64,000 nt of DNA, taken from positions 64,001 through 128,000 of the forward strand of contig CAWGRW010000009.1 in NCBI GenBank assembly GCA_963825135.1, written 5' to 3'. The notes under the pieces are model-generated. The model had not been told where the DNA came from. It saw nothing but the letters and a program-made list of their open reading frames with translations, and ran no database searches. Positions 30,954 through 40,543 of this stretch are shown here, one piece after another (positions within the stretch are counted from its first letter, which is position 1; each line of letters starts with the position of its first letter). The position numbers were made by a program, and so were the translations under genes. The DNA comes from an uncultured bacterium. Lineage in GTDB: Bacteria > Desulfobacterota_D > UBA1144 > Nemesobacterales > UBA2774.

Positions 30954-32338
30954 CCTTTCCCCTTTATCCTCCGCACTATGTCGCGCGCGCGGTCGTTATT
31001 CCTGCTCTCGAAAAACTTTACGACTGCCTCCCTGTACATGCCCGACCGCGCCTCGGCAATCGCCTTCGGCAGAGAGTCCCCGAGGTGCTCGAACGCCCAC
31101 GTGTCGGGCCTCGATATGTTGAGCCTTATGTAGCCGGTCGCCCCCACGTCGCCCAGCCCGTCGCCCGGATAAACGGCGACCCTCCGCTTGAAGAGCGCGA
31201 CGGTCAGCTCCTGCGCCGTGACCCCCGCGCCCGAGACGTCCAGCACCATCGAGAAACCGTAGTCGGGCCCGACCGGGATAGACACGCCGGGGTTCCCGGC
31301 GGCTATCTTTTTTACGAGTCCGTAATTGCGCCTGATTATGGCTTCCGACTCTCTGGCGTACGCCGTGTCTTTTATCGCCGCAAGCGCGCCGTGCTGAGCG
31401 ATGAGGTTCGTGTTTATACGCGTTAGCGCGACCTTCGACACGAGGCATGCCCTCATCACTTCCGGGTGTCCGGCGAGAAACCCTATCCTCACCCCGGCCA
31501 TGCCGTACCCGTGCGAGACGCTGAACGTCGAGACGACGTTGTCAGTATTCGTCTCCCCGTAAAGGGAGCTCATCGGGATGTGCAGGGAATCGGGGTTCAC
31601 CCTGTGCGTGCCGTGCGTGATGTCGTTTATTATCACTATCCCTTTAGCGCGCGCGGTCTCGATGAGCGCCAGGAGCTCTTCCTTCTTCTGCACCGTGCCG
31701 AAAGGGTTCAAGGGATCGCAGACGATCACCGCCTTCGTCCGCGCCGTGATTTGTTTCTCCACTTCATCAGGCATCATCCTGTAGCCGTTTCCGGGCCCTA
31801 GCGGAATCCTCACGGGCACGCCGCCCGCCATGAGTATCGACGAGGTGAAGTGAAAGTATCCGGGGTCGGTGATTATCACCTCGTCGCCGGGATTGATAAA
31901 AGTCTCGAGTGTGTAGGATATCGCGGCCTGGCTTCCCTCGACCCCTATCACCTCGAAAGAGCCCCCTCTCGGCCGTCCGAACTTTATTCCCGCGGCGGCT
32001 TCTCTCAGGGGATTTATCAGGTCGGGGGAATAGGGGTTAATGTTTTCACTGTTGGTGTTATTGCGCATCGCCTCGACCGCGCTCTCCGGGGGCCCCGCGA
32101 AGCAGGTCATCCATCCGAAGTCGGCCCACGTCCGGGGATCGAGGTCTATGCGGCCGTTAGCGTATATCTCCCCCGCGTCTAACCCGAGGATGTTTATCGC
32201 GTCCCTGTAGGACATGTAGTTCCACATCCCGTGCGGGCTCTCCATTACGGACCTCACCCTCGCGGACAACGCGCGCGGGAGGAATTCAGGACCCGATTCC
32301 CCGCCTTCCCATCCCAGTATGAACCTTTCTTTTCCCAT
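30950..32338 (-). CDS. Class I/II aminotransferase-fold protein with Lys-to-His substitution
   Basis: INPGDEVIITDPGY, PLNPFG, NDITH, FSVSHGYGMAGVRIG, YIRLN. Confidence 0.85.
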   Translation of the reverse strand: MGKERFILGWEGGESGPEFLPRALSARVRSVMESPHGMWNYMSYRDAINILGLDAGEIYANGRIDLDPRTWADFGWMTCFAGPPESAVEAMRNNTNSENINPYSPDLINPLREAAAGIKFGRPRGGSFEVIGVEGSQAAISYTLETFINPGDEVIITDPGYFHFTSSILMAGGVPVRIPLGPGNGYRMMPDEVEKQITARTKAVIVCDPLNPFGTVQKKEELLALIETARAKGIVIINDITHGTHRVNPDSLHIPMSSLYGETNTDNVVSTFSVSHGYGMAGVRIGFLAGHPEVMRACLVSKVALTRINTNLIAQHGALAAIKDTAYARESEAIIRRNYGLVKKIAAGNPGVSIPVGPDYGFSMVLDVSGAGVTAQELTVALFKRRVAVYPGDGLGDVGATGYIRLNISRPDTWAFEHLGDSLPKAIAEARSGMYREAVVKFFESRNNDRARDIVRRIKGKG

Positions 32339-32363
32339 GCCCGGTATCCGGCCCTGCTCCTTT

Positions 32364-33212
32364 TCAATTCCTCATCATCACTACCGCGTAAATACCGTAG
32401 GGGTCGAACGTGATTTTCGGGTCCCTGAAACCCGCCTCTACCGCCCACCCGATTACCTGCTCGACCGGGCGGAGATGCCATACGCACCTCTCCCCGTTCT
32501 GGTTACGGAGCGCTCTCGCTATTAGCTCGATCTGGGGGTTCTTCGTCTGCACGTTAAACAGCAGCGCGTCCGGGTTGAGTACGTCCCTGAGCTGGGAAAA
32601 GTGTTTCCGTATGAGCGCGTCGTCGTGGATTATCCCGTAGAGCCCGACCTCTATCACAAGGTCGGGCTTTTCGGCGATCGCCTTCAGGCTTTCCGTATCG
32701 AGCGCGTCCCCGAGCCCGAAAGAAACCCTGTCCGTAAGCCCGAGACGCCTGGCCGTCCTCCCGCTTCCGGCGAGCGCGGTCTCGCTTATGTCCCTGAGGA
32801 GCGCCCTCACCTCCGGGCCCGTCTGCCGGAGCACGTCGTAGAGGTAGTCGGCGTCCCCCGAGGCCAGGTCCGCTATGAACGCCCCCCCGCCGTCCCTCTC
32901 CGCCAGGTAGCTGAGTATCATGTTTTTCTGTATCTCTTTGACAGCTCTCCACGCCCTGCACGTAACTTGATTGAGGAACGCCTCGTCGAGTTTCCTGCCG
33001 ATGTAGAACCTCCCGCGCGGGGAGTTTTTATAGACGTAATTCATTATCATCCCCGAGTCGAAACCGTGCCTGCAGCCCGTCCTTATGCCGTCCGACAATT
33101 GTCCGACCGTTCCGAGGAAGAAAGAGACGAGCGCGAAGTACCAGCCCCGGGGCGAATACCGGGGAAGCGGTTTTTGCAATTCCTCGAAGCCCGGCATTTG
33201 GTTACGAAGCAT
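32364..33212 (-). CDS. Class I SAM methyltransferase (YnbC C-terminal/Methyltransf_20-like)
   Basis: LSDGIRTG...GFDSG...YVYKNSPRG, DLASG, GDAL, GLY, NPQIELIAR. Confidence 0.8.
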   Translation of the reverse strand: MLRNQMPGFEELQKPLPRYSPRGWYFALVSFFLGTVGQLSDGIRTGCRHGFDSGMIMNYVYKNSPRGRFYIGRKLDEAFLNQVTCRAWRAVKEIQKNMILSYLAERDGGGAFIADLASGDADYLYDVLRQTGPEVRALLRDISETALAGSGRTARRLGLTDRVSFGLGDALDTESLKAIAEKPDLVIEVGLYGIIHDDALIRKHFSQLRDVLNPDALLFNVQTKNPQIELIARALRNQNGERCVWHLRPVEQVIGWAVEAGFRDPKITFDPYGIYAVVMMRN

Positions 33213-33768
33213 ACCACTCTATCTCCACGTCTTCTCTGTCGGCGTATATTTTATCGGCGACCGATTTTATCTCCCGGGCCCTCTTCTTTTTCGCAGCGGT
33301 ATCGGCGTTACGCTCGAAGTATTTCCTGAGCTGGCGGAGGTGTCTCCTCACGTCTTTCTGCACCTTCTCTACTACGAGGCGGCTCTTTTCGTCGGCTGCG
33401 TCGCGGTACACATCGAGGAGCGCCGAGAAATGAATGAGCGATCCCCAGGCGTACGCGAGCTCGTCGAACGTATCGTTGTAGGTCTCGAGTATGTCGTAGA
33501 TCTCCCGGCCTATCCGCGGGGGCGTGTACGTCTCGGGGGTCTCTCCGAGCTCGCGCGCCCTGTCCGAGAAGAGCTTCGCGTGCCTGGCGTTGTCCGCGAT
33601 GATCCCGGCCGCGACCAGCTTGACGCCGGGGTCCCTTATCGACTTGAGCTTCGCCCCGAAGAGGTCGACCCACGCGAGCATCCCGTACGTATGCCTGCTG
33701 AACGCCCTCGCCAGGCGCCTCGGGTCCGACAACACCTCTCTCAGTCTATCGGGATTGCGTATGCTCAT
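33202..33768 (-). CDS. Ferritin-like four-helix protein
   Basis: Paired DNARH and DVRRH motifs, RARELG. Confidence 0.6.
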   Translation of the reverse strand: MSIRNPDRLREVLSDPRRLARAFSRHTYGMLAWVDLFGAKLKSIRDPGVKLVAAGIIADNARHAKLFSDRARELGETPETYTPPRIGREIYDILETYNDTFDELAYAWGSLIHFSALLDVYRDAADEKSRLVVEKVQKDVRRHLRQLRKYFERNADTAAKKKRAREIKSVADKIYADREDVEIEWYAS

Positions 33769-33828
33769 AACCTTTACCCTCTCTAACTTATGCAAACAGG
33801 GATAGTCCGTCCCGGCGCCGGGGCGGAC

Positions 33829-34284
33829 TCAGTACATCTTTTTCAATATATCTATGATTTTTTCATCGCCCCCTGCGGGCGCTTCCCATTCCACCTGAAC
33901 GACCTCTACGCCCTGAGCCTCGAGAGCGTCCCTGAATATGTCGAGCCCGATGTTTACGGCCAGTATCTCCCGGTTGAATATGTCCCGCGATTCGCCCCCT
34001 GCACCCGTAGAGCCCGCTGAGATCATCTCCTCCATTGCGTCAAGCGCCTTTTCCGCCGCCTCATCCGAATCGGCTTCGACGACCATCACGAGGTCGCCGC
34101 CCCCGGCGCCCTTTATCCCGGGCGTCAGGAGCCCGGCGGATTCGAGCGCGAACCTGGCCTTGTCCGTAGCCATTACGGCGGTCGCCTTCTTCACCCCTTC
34201 CATCCCGCCCGCGGTCTTCGATATGCGCATCAAGCGGAGCGCGTCCTGAAAGTAATTCTTTTTGATCCTGAATTTAAGCGGCAA
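33829..34284 (-). CDS. Mini-FdrA: FdrA N-terminal domain fused to FdrA C-terminal tail
   Basis: TTG after AGGAG; IKKNYFQDALRLMRIS...AVMAT...DLVMVVEA, then VNIGLDIFRDALEAQGVEVVQVEWEAPAGGD. Confidence 0.8.
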   Translation of the reverse strand: MPLKFRIKKNYFQDALRLMRISKTAGGMEGVKKATAVMATDKARFALESAGLLTPGIKGAGGGDLVMVVEADSDEAAEKALDAMEEMISAGSTGAGGESRDIFNREILAVNIGLDIFRDALEAQGVEVVQVEWEAPAGGDEKIIDILKKMY

Positions 34285-34313
34285 TGCCCCTCTCCTTGAT
34301 CCTCCCGTCCGCC

Positions 34314-34700
34314 CTATGCGATTACGTATTCGATAGGGCACGGGTTCATAATGGTCCTGCTCACAAAACAGTATTTTTTCGCCTCGTCGATGAGCCCTTC
34401 CAGGGTCCGGGTCGGGACCGTGCTCATGACTTTAACGACGATCTTCGTAAATAGAAAGTTCTTCGTGTCCTTCTCCCCCTCGACCTCGACCTCCATATCC
34501 TCGACCTCTATCTGCCTCTTGCCGGCGGCGTATATGAGCGCCATGCAGAAGCAGGAAGCGAGCGACGCGAGGAAAAGCTCTGTCGGCATCATGCCCGTAT
34601 CGTCGCCGCTGAAATCCACAGGCTCGTCCGTCAGCACCCTGAACTGCCGGGCTCTCACGTCCACCTGATACCTCATCTTCCAGAATGCCTTTACGCTCAT
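34314..34700 (-). CDS. OsmC family protein
   Basis: TDEP...GDDTGMMPTELFLASLASC...KYCFVSRTI. Confidence 0.9.
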   Translation of the reverse strand: MSVKAFWKMRYQVDVRARQFRVLTDEPVDFSGDDTGMMPTELFLASLASCFCMALIYAAGKRQIEVEDMEVEVEGEKDTKNFLFTKIVVKVMSTVPTRTLEGLIDEAKKYCFVSRTIMNPCPIEYVIA

Positions 34701-34701
34701 A

Positions 34702-35907
34702 TCATCTCCTCACCACAACCGTCTCTTTTTCGCCGATGCCGGTACCGTTCAGTATGCCTGTGTAGAACACGACGTGCCCGCGGGCGGCGTTCTCCCAGCT
34801 GTATTCCTCCGCTGTCTCTCTCCCCTTAGAAGCGAGCGCGAGCCCGAGCTCTCCGTTCTCCGCGAGCTCGATGATCAGGGACGCGATACGATCAGAGTCC
34901 ATCGGGGACACGAGGAGCGAATTCTCCCCGTCCCTCAGATACTCGGTCATGGGCTCTATGCCCGAAGCGATAACGGGCACGCCCGAGGCGAGGGCCTCCA
35001 AAACGACCAACCCCCACCCTTCCCTGACCGACGGGAAAACGAAGACGTCCGCCGCGTGATAGAGTCGGGCGACCTCGTCCTCCGATACGCTGCCCGGTAT
35101 GAATATATCCTTCCCGACGGCGAGCCCGAGCCTCTCCGCCCCGGAGAAGAACTCTTCCCTGTACGCCCTGTAATCGAAAAGCGTCTCACCGCCCCCGATG
35201 ACCCAGACGAGCCTCTCGCCTTTCTCTTGAAAATGAGACCTGGCAGCGTGAAATGCCGTGAGAGACGTCAGCGTGTTTTTCCTCGGCTCTATGCCGCCTA
35301 TGCTCAGCATCACCCTCGCGCCCCCGAGCGAGAATTTCTCCTTATACGTTTCTTTAGAGCCCTCGTCCGGGAGCGGGCGGAACCTCAGCGTGTCCACTCC
35401 GTTCCTGATGACGGTCGAGCGGAGAGAGTACGCCGACAACAGCTCTCTCTCCCATGCCTCGCTTACGGTGATTAAATAATCGGGCTCGATAATGCTTTTT
35501 AGCTGGCATTCGATTAAGGCCTCGGAAGTGAAGTCGTCTATATGGTGGACGGTCCTCGCGAAGGACCCGATCAGGCCCCCTTGTCTCAGGTTCAACAGCG
35601 CGTTTGCCGAAATGCAGTCCTCGGCGTGGAATATATCGTGCGCGAGGGCGTGCGAGGAGAGGTATTCGGTGTATATATTTATGTAGTCCCTGATTTTTTC
35701 GTCCATGCCCGCGTATTCCTTTTTCGGACACGGGATGAGCGTATGGGGGACCGATACGTCCCTGAAAAAATTTCCCCCCGAGGATAGCGAGTACACGCGG
35801 ACGGCGTGTCCCAGGCGCGCGAGGCTTTCGGCGAGGCAGAGTGTGTGCACCACGCCGCCCCTGGGCTTGGTAGAATATGTGAGGAGCGCCACGTCAAGCG
35901 ATTTCAT
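34702..35907 (-). CDS. MSMEG_0565-family glycosyltransferase (GT4 fold)
   Basis: YSTKPRGGVVHTL, HAEDCISANAL, RTVHHIDDF, GGIEPRKN, ETLFDY, EGWGLVVLEA. Confidence 0.9.
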   Translation of the reverse strand: MKSLDVALLTYSTKPRGGVVHTLCLAESLARLGHAVRVYSLSSGGNFFRDVSVPHTLIPCPKKEYAGMDEKIRDYINIYTEYLSSHALAHDIFHAEDCISANALLNLRQGGLIGSFARTVHHIDDFTSEALIECQLKSIIEPDYLITVSEAWERELLSAYSLRSTVIRNGVDTLRFRPLPDEGSKETYKEKFSLGGARVMLSIGGIEPRKNTLTSLTAFHAARSHFQEKGERLVWVIGGGETLFDYRAYREEFFSGAERLGLAVGKDIFIPGSVSEDEVARLYHAADVFVFPSVREGWGLVVLEALASGVPVIASGIEPMTEYLRDGENSLLVSPMDSDRIASLIIELAENGELGLALASKGRETAEEYSWENAARGHVVFYTGILNGTGIGEKETVVVRR

Positions 35908-36889
35908 TGAGCGCCTCCGTTTCGAGCATAGACCCGAGATACCTCACCCCGTAATAAATACCGACAGCCATGTCGGCCCCCGTGGTCGCCCCCATGGCGA
36001 GGAGCTTCTTCGCGGAGGCGGCCGTATCTTCGGGCCCTCCCGCGACGAGGCTCACGATCAGGCCGGTCGCCGCAAGAGGCCCCTCTCCGCGCCGGGCGTC
36101 GTCTATCAGTCCCCGGCTGTATATGGTGGTCTTCACTTTCGAGAGTCTGAAAATTTCATTTCCGACTTTCTTAAAAAACCGGGCGGCGCTCCCGTCCGTG
36201 GAAAATGCCTTTCCCGCGAAGCAGAGGCTCATGAGCAGGCCCGCGAGGAAATCGTCGCACGAGGGGGTGAGCCCCGGCCCGAGCCCGAGTATCGCCCCTG
36301 CCTTTTCGGAGACGGCGGCGAGATCGCCCGAGTAGAGGCCCCACATTAGCTGCTCTATGTGAGGACGCGCCCTTTCGGCCACGCTCTCCCCCCGAGGCTC
36401 GAGGAACACCTTCATCGGCCCCCGGAGGTCCACGTCCTCGAGAAGCGGGACGAGCCCTTCCCGTCCGGGGAACGTATAGATCACGTCCCGCAGTATCCTC
36501 AGGTTAAACGCGACCTCGTCCGGGTTTATAGGCCGGCTCCGCTTCGGAAGCCCCTGCTTTTTCAGTACGCGCGCATTTGAAATATTTACAGCCACAGCGC
36601 CCGAGGTGAGCGTCTTTCCATCGAAGAGCACGCGCTCCCCCGTCTCAAAGCCGAGGGATTTCATTGACGCGCTCTCGTGATTTTTTATCAGGATTGAATA
36701 GGGGCTTACGAAATCTTTATTCAGTATTAATTTCAGCAGCTCGTTCTTTCCGCCCGATATATAGACCGCGTGATCGAAAACGCCGTGAATCTCGCTTCCA
36801 TCGCCTGATTTCCCGAGGGCTTTTAACGCCTTCTGCCCCACCGACTCCGCTTCGAGCGAAATTCTGTTGACGCCGCCTGACTTTCTCAT
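35894..36889 (-). CDS. DUF2877 / YlbF (AllH)-like protein
   Basis: LGLGPGLTPSCDDFLAG and MGATTGAD motifs. Confidence 0.85.
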   Translation of the reverse strand: MRKSGGVNRISLEAESVGQKALKALGKSGDGSEIHGVFDHAVYISGGKNELLKLILNKDFVSPYSILIKNHESASMKSLGFETGERVLFDGKTLTSGAVAVNISNARVLKKQGLPKRSRPINPDEVAFNLRILRDVIYTFPGREGLVPLLEDVDLRGPMKVFLEPRGESVAERARPHIEQLMWGLYSGDLAAVSEKAGAILGLGPGLTPSCDDFLAGLLMSLCFAGKAFSTDGSAARFFKKVGNEIFRLSKVKTTIYSRGLIDDARRGEGPLAATGLIVSLVAGGPEDTAASAKKLLAMGATTGADMAVGIYYGVRYLGSMLETEALNEIA

Positions 36890-36978
36890 TATATAAAGCT
36901 CTATCGGGTCCCGTAACCGCGCGGGTATACCGTCCGCCCGCGGCTCGAATAACAAATCAGAACGCGGACGCACGCCGG

Positions 36979-37227
36979 TCAATTAAACTTCTTCCAGCTC
37001 GGGCGCTTCCCCCCGGGATAAGACGTAAAAAGAATAATTTTTCTCCTCACCTGCCAGGGTATGGCGAGGTAAACGGGGACGAATATGTTCATCCACAGAA
37101 AAGGTATGAGCCCCTTCTCCCTGTAGGGTTTCGCGCAGTACTCCGGATAGCGGGAGGCGACGCTGTCTCTCGCGGCCTCCATCAGATATTTTTCAGCGTT
37201 TTTCCTGAGCCATAATCCGAAAGCCAT
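36979..37227 (-). CDS. Small basic hypothetical protein with hydrophobic segment
   Basis: GAGGGG RBS, 82 aa, FLWMNIFVPVYLAIPW; co-directional within the cluster. Confidence 0.6.
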   Translation of the reverse strand: MAFGLWLRKNAEKYLMEAARDSVASRYPEYCAKPYREKGLIPFLWMNIFVPVYLAIPWQVRRKIILFTSYPGGKRPSWKKFN

Positions 37228-37331
37228 TAGAACCCCTCACATTATTTCTATAAGCTTATTATTTCGTAATATTTTGCACCCTGCGCGTATCCCCGGCTCT
37301 TGCCGGTCCCCCGCCCTGCGTATGCCCCCGG

Positions 37332-38681
37332 CTATTTCTTTTTCGCGAGCTCCGCGAGCCCCGCCTGGGCCGCCAGAGCTATGGGCTCCATGAGCGCCCC
37401 TATCGGAGGGGAGTATACGTTTTCCATCCACGCGAAGTCCTCTATGCGCGCCCCGCGCTTAATCGAGAACGCGAGGAAATCGGCCCTCTCCTTGATGCCT
37501 TCCCCGCCGGACATCTGCGCCCCGAGCACCCTGTGCGTGTCGGGGTCCACTATGAGCTTCACCCTTATCCTGGTGACGCCCGGATAGTACCTCGCCCTCG
37601 ATATGCCTGTCGCCGCTGCGACGAAATGCGGTATGCCGAGCGCCTTGTGGAGGGTCTCGCCCAGGGACACCCCGCCTATCTGCACCTGCCCGCCCACCAT
37701 GCCCCAGGGCACGAACACCGGGTCGTAAGAGCGCTCCACCCCTCCGGCGTTTGCTCCCGCCACGCGTCCCTGCGAGTAGGCGTGGCTCCCGGAAAGCCCC
37801 TGGATCGGTATGTCGGTCACGCCGTGGACGACCTCGGCGCAGTCCCCTGCCGCGTAAACGTCTTTCACGGAGGTACGCATGTGGTCGTCTACAATTATTC
37901 CGCCCGTCGAGCCTATCTCCACGCCTGCCTCGCGCGATATGCGGTTATTCGGTTTCTTGTGCGTCGCTATTACCGCCACGTCGCACTCTATCTCGCCGCC
38001 CGTCGTGACGACGGACCGGAGCTTTCCGCCCTCGCCCCTGAACTCGAGCACCTTCACGCCGAAGTGGATCACGGCGCCCTCTTCTTCGAGCGACTTTTGA
38101 ACGGGCTCCATGATGTCGGGGTCGGCGACTTCAGACATGAGCCACGCGCCTTCGTCGACGAGGTGGGTCTCGAGGCCCCTGTGCGCGAGGTTGCCGGTGA
38201 TCTCTATCCCGAGCGGGGTCGCGGCCATGACGACTACCTTCTTCACGGTGTCGAGCACCTTGTCGAACTCCATCGCGCGCCTTATGTTCTTCACGTAATG
38301 TATCCCTTCGAGATCGACGCCCGGCATCTCGGGCTTCTCGTACTCGAACCCCGTCGCGATAATCAGACGGTCCCAGGGGAATTTGTCCGGGCCCACGCTC
38401 ACCGTGCGCCCCTTGAGGTCAATAGCCGTCACGGCGGTCTTGAGCCTCAAGTCTATGCCGATAGAGGCGTAGTGCTCGGACGTCTGGAGGAAAAGGCGCT
38501 CGAAATCCGGTATCTCCTTTCCGAGCACGAACGGTATGCCGCACGGGCTGTAGGCCACGTCCTCGTATTCCGTGAATACGGTGACGGACGCGCCCGGGGC
38601 TACAGACTTCGACGTGGAAGCGGCCGATATGCCGCCCGCGCCCCCGCCTATTACGATTATCCGCAAATTATCACTGCTCAT
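37332..38681 (-). CDS. FAD-dependent NADH oxidase/CoA-disulfide reductase-like flavoprotein
   Basis: IGGGAGG, YSPCGIP (redox Cys), ATG, VYAAGDC, YSPP. Confidence 0.9.
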   Translation of the reverse strand: MSSDNLRIIVIGGGAGGISAASTSKSVAPGASVTVFTEYEDVAYSPCGIPFVLGKEIPDFERLFLQTSEHYASIGIDLRLKTAVTAIDLKGRTVSVGPDKFPWDRLIIATGFEYEKPEMPGVDLEGIHYVKNIRRAMEFDKVLDTVKKVVVMAATPLGIEITGNLAHRGLETHLVDEGAWLMSEVADPDIMEPVQKSLEEEGAVIHFGVKVLEFRGEGGKLRSVVTTGGEIECDVAVIATHKKPNNRISREAGVEIGSTGGIIVDDHMRTSVKDVYAAGDCAEVVHGVTDIPIQGLSGSHAYSQGRVAGANAGGVERSYDPVFVPWGMVGGQVQIGGVSLGETLHKALGIPHFVAAATGISRARYYPGVTRIRVKLIVDPDTHRVLGAQMSGGEGIKERADFLAFSIKRGARIEDFAWMENVYSPPIGALMEPIALAAQAGLAELAKKK

Positions 38682-38784
38682 CCGGTTTCACCCCTTAACG
38701 TCGTAAATTTGTCCCGTCCGGAGCGCAAAGCCTCGCGCCCGGCGGTATGTCCCGCCGTGTCCGCGGCTCCGGGCACAGGGCCTT

Positions 38785-39918
38785 TTAACTCACGCCCAGC
38801 TGCTTCGTAAACTTTTTAAACCTGACCCCGCCCGCTCCCGCAGACTTTTCGAAATCGTGGAGCGCGGAGCATTCCCCGCAGCTGACGCAGCCTGCCTTGC
38901 TGTTCTTCGCGATCCCGTCGTACTCCGCGAGTATCTTCGCCGCCTCGGTGTACACGCGCTCCATTATCTCCGGCCCGGGCGGCGAGTTCCGCTCCATCGG
39001 CGTGCCGGCTATGGGCCTGAACGGGACTATGAACGGGTAAACCCCGATCCCGGCGCAGAGCGCCGCGCCTTCGATCACGGTCTCTATCCTCTCGCCTAAC
39101 CCGACCAGTATGTACGTGCTGACCTGCCACCTCCCGAACACCCTCACCGCTTCCTTCCAGGTCGCGATATATTTGTCGAGCCCGATCGCGGCCTTCCCCG
39201 GCGTGACGGTCCTGAACACGTCGGGGTCGAATGTCTCTATGTGCACGCCTAACGAATCGACGCCCGCCTCTTTTAACCTTTCAAGCCACGCAAGGTCCTC
39301 AGGCGGTATTATTTGAAGCTGTATCGGGAGGCCCGTCGCGTTCTTCACCTCGCGGCATATCTCCGCGTACTTCGCGAGCGCCTTCTCCTCGTCAGGGGCT
39401 ACCCCCGAGGTGAACACGACGTTCGTTATCCCGTCGAGCTCCTTTGCGAGCGTAAGGGTCTCGACGAGGCTCTTCGCGTTCTTGAACCCGACGGTGCTCC
39501 TGTCCTTCAGGGTGAGCTCGATGCCGCAGAACTTGCACCTCCTCTCGTCTTCCCAGAAGTCGCACGTCTGAAGGAGAGTGGTCGCGAAGGTCGTGGGACA
39601 GTGGAGGAGCCCTATGCGCTGCATCGGGATGCCTGAAGACGTCTTGTGCTCCTGGAACCTGGCGCTCTTCTCCATCAGCTCCACCTGTGCGACCGCGACC
39701 CCGTCCTTGAATATCCAGTGCTCCCCGTTTATCAGGTCCAGATGATAGGGGGATGCGCTGACGAAATCGCCGACTACCGGAATGTTCGCCTCGCCGCCCG
39801 AAAGAATTTTCAGGTGGAGCCCGCCGGTAGGCCCGGCGCCCCCGCTCCTGATGTCTTTCGTATCGGGAATCCTTAACCCGTAACTCTGCAACTCCACCTT
39901 AAGGGTTCTTGAATCCAT
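38785..39918 (-). CDS. MSMEG_0568-family (NitD-like) radical SAM protein
   Basis: ELQSYG, GGAGP, ATTLLQTC-x8-CKFC, QVSTY, YPFIVPFRPIAGTP, C-terminal AGCVSCGECS. Confidence 0.9.
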   Translation of the reverse strand: MDSRTLKVELQSYGLRIPDTKDIRSGGAGPTGGLHLKILSGGEANIPVVGDFVSASPYHLDLINGEHWIFKDGVAVAQVELMEKSARFQEHKTSSGIPMQRIGLLHCPTTFATTLLQTCDFWEDERRCKFCGIELTLKDRSTVGFKNAKSLVETLTLAKELDGITNVVFTSGVAPDEEKALAKYAEICREVKNATGLPIQLQIIPPEDLAWLERLKEAGVDSLGVHIETFDPDVFRTVTPGKAAIGLDKYIATWKEAVRVFGRWQVSTYILVGLGERIETVIEGAALCAGIGVYPFIVPFRPIAGTPMERNSPPGPEIMERVYTEAAKILAEYDGIAKNSKAGCVSCGECSALHDFEKSAGAGGVRFKKFTKQLGVS

Positions 39919-40051
39919 AACGTGCCCCCTTATTATTGGTTAAACAAAAAACCGCTCGCAGGCTCACCCTAACAAACCCGTAAAATTATCCGCCTGTACG
40001 GATATAAAATAACGCCTTACAGCCAAATGGAAAGTATAAGGTACGAAAACC

Positions 40052-40543
40052 CTATACAGTCCAGGTGCTGAACATCATAGCCCCGGCTCTGTGGTGCTCG
40101 ATAACGATGTCGAGTATATCCGTCGGGTGGATCGGTATTACGCCCTCGAGGAAGTTCGACTCGTTCTGACCGAGGAGAGCCGCTGCCGAGAAACGGCACG
40201 CGAGGACCTTAATGCCTTCGCTAATCATCCTGTTGACGAGGTTCGGGTAGAGCTGTATGCCGGCGCCGTAGCCGTCGTCGCCTACGTTCGGCCAGCCCCT
40301 GTATACCGGGATGCCCGACGCAGGGCCGTAGAACAGCACGGTCGTTTCGTACCCCTTCTTCTTCGTCCTTATCGCCGTCAGCATGTTGATGCCCGCGACC
40401 GAGCCCTCGTAAGGGACCGAGTGAATGAGGAATAACGCCTTCTCGCCCGGTTTCGCCTGGTGGTCCGGATAGAGCTTCTCCTCGTAATTAACTAATGCTT
40501 TACCCTTCTCGGGCCTGTCCGCTTTAACTCTGTTTACAGCCAT
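40052..40543 (-). CDS. MSMEG_0572/Sll0783-family DsrE-like protein (NitB-like)
   Basis: YEEK...PGEKAL...EGS...KGYET...YGP...RGWP...ACRF...TWTV. Confidence 0.88.
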   Translation of the reverse strand: MAVNRVKADRPEKGKALVNYEEKLYPDHQAKPGEKALFLIHSVPYEGSVAGINMLTAIRTKKKGYETTVLFYGPASGIPVYRGWPNVGDDGYGAGIQLYPNLVNRMISEGIKVLACRFSAAALLGQNESNFLEGVIPIHPTDILDIVIEHHRAGAMMFSTWTV

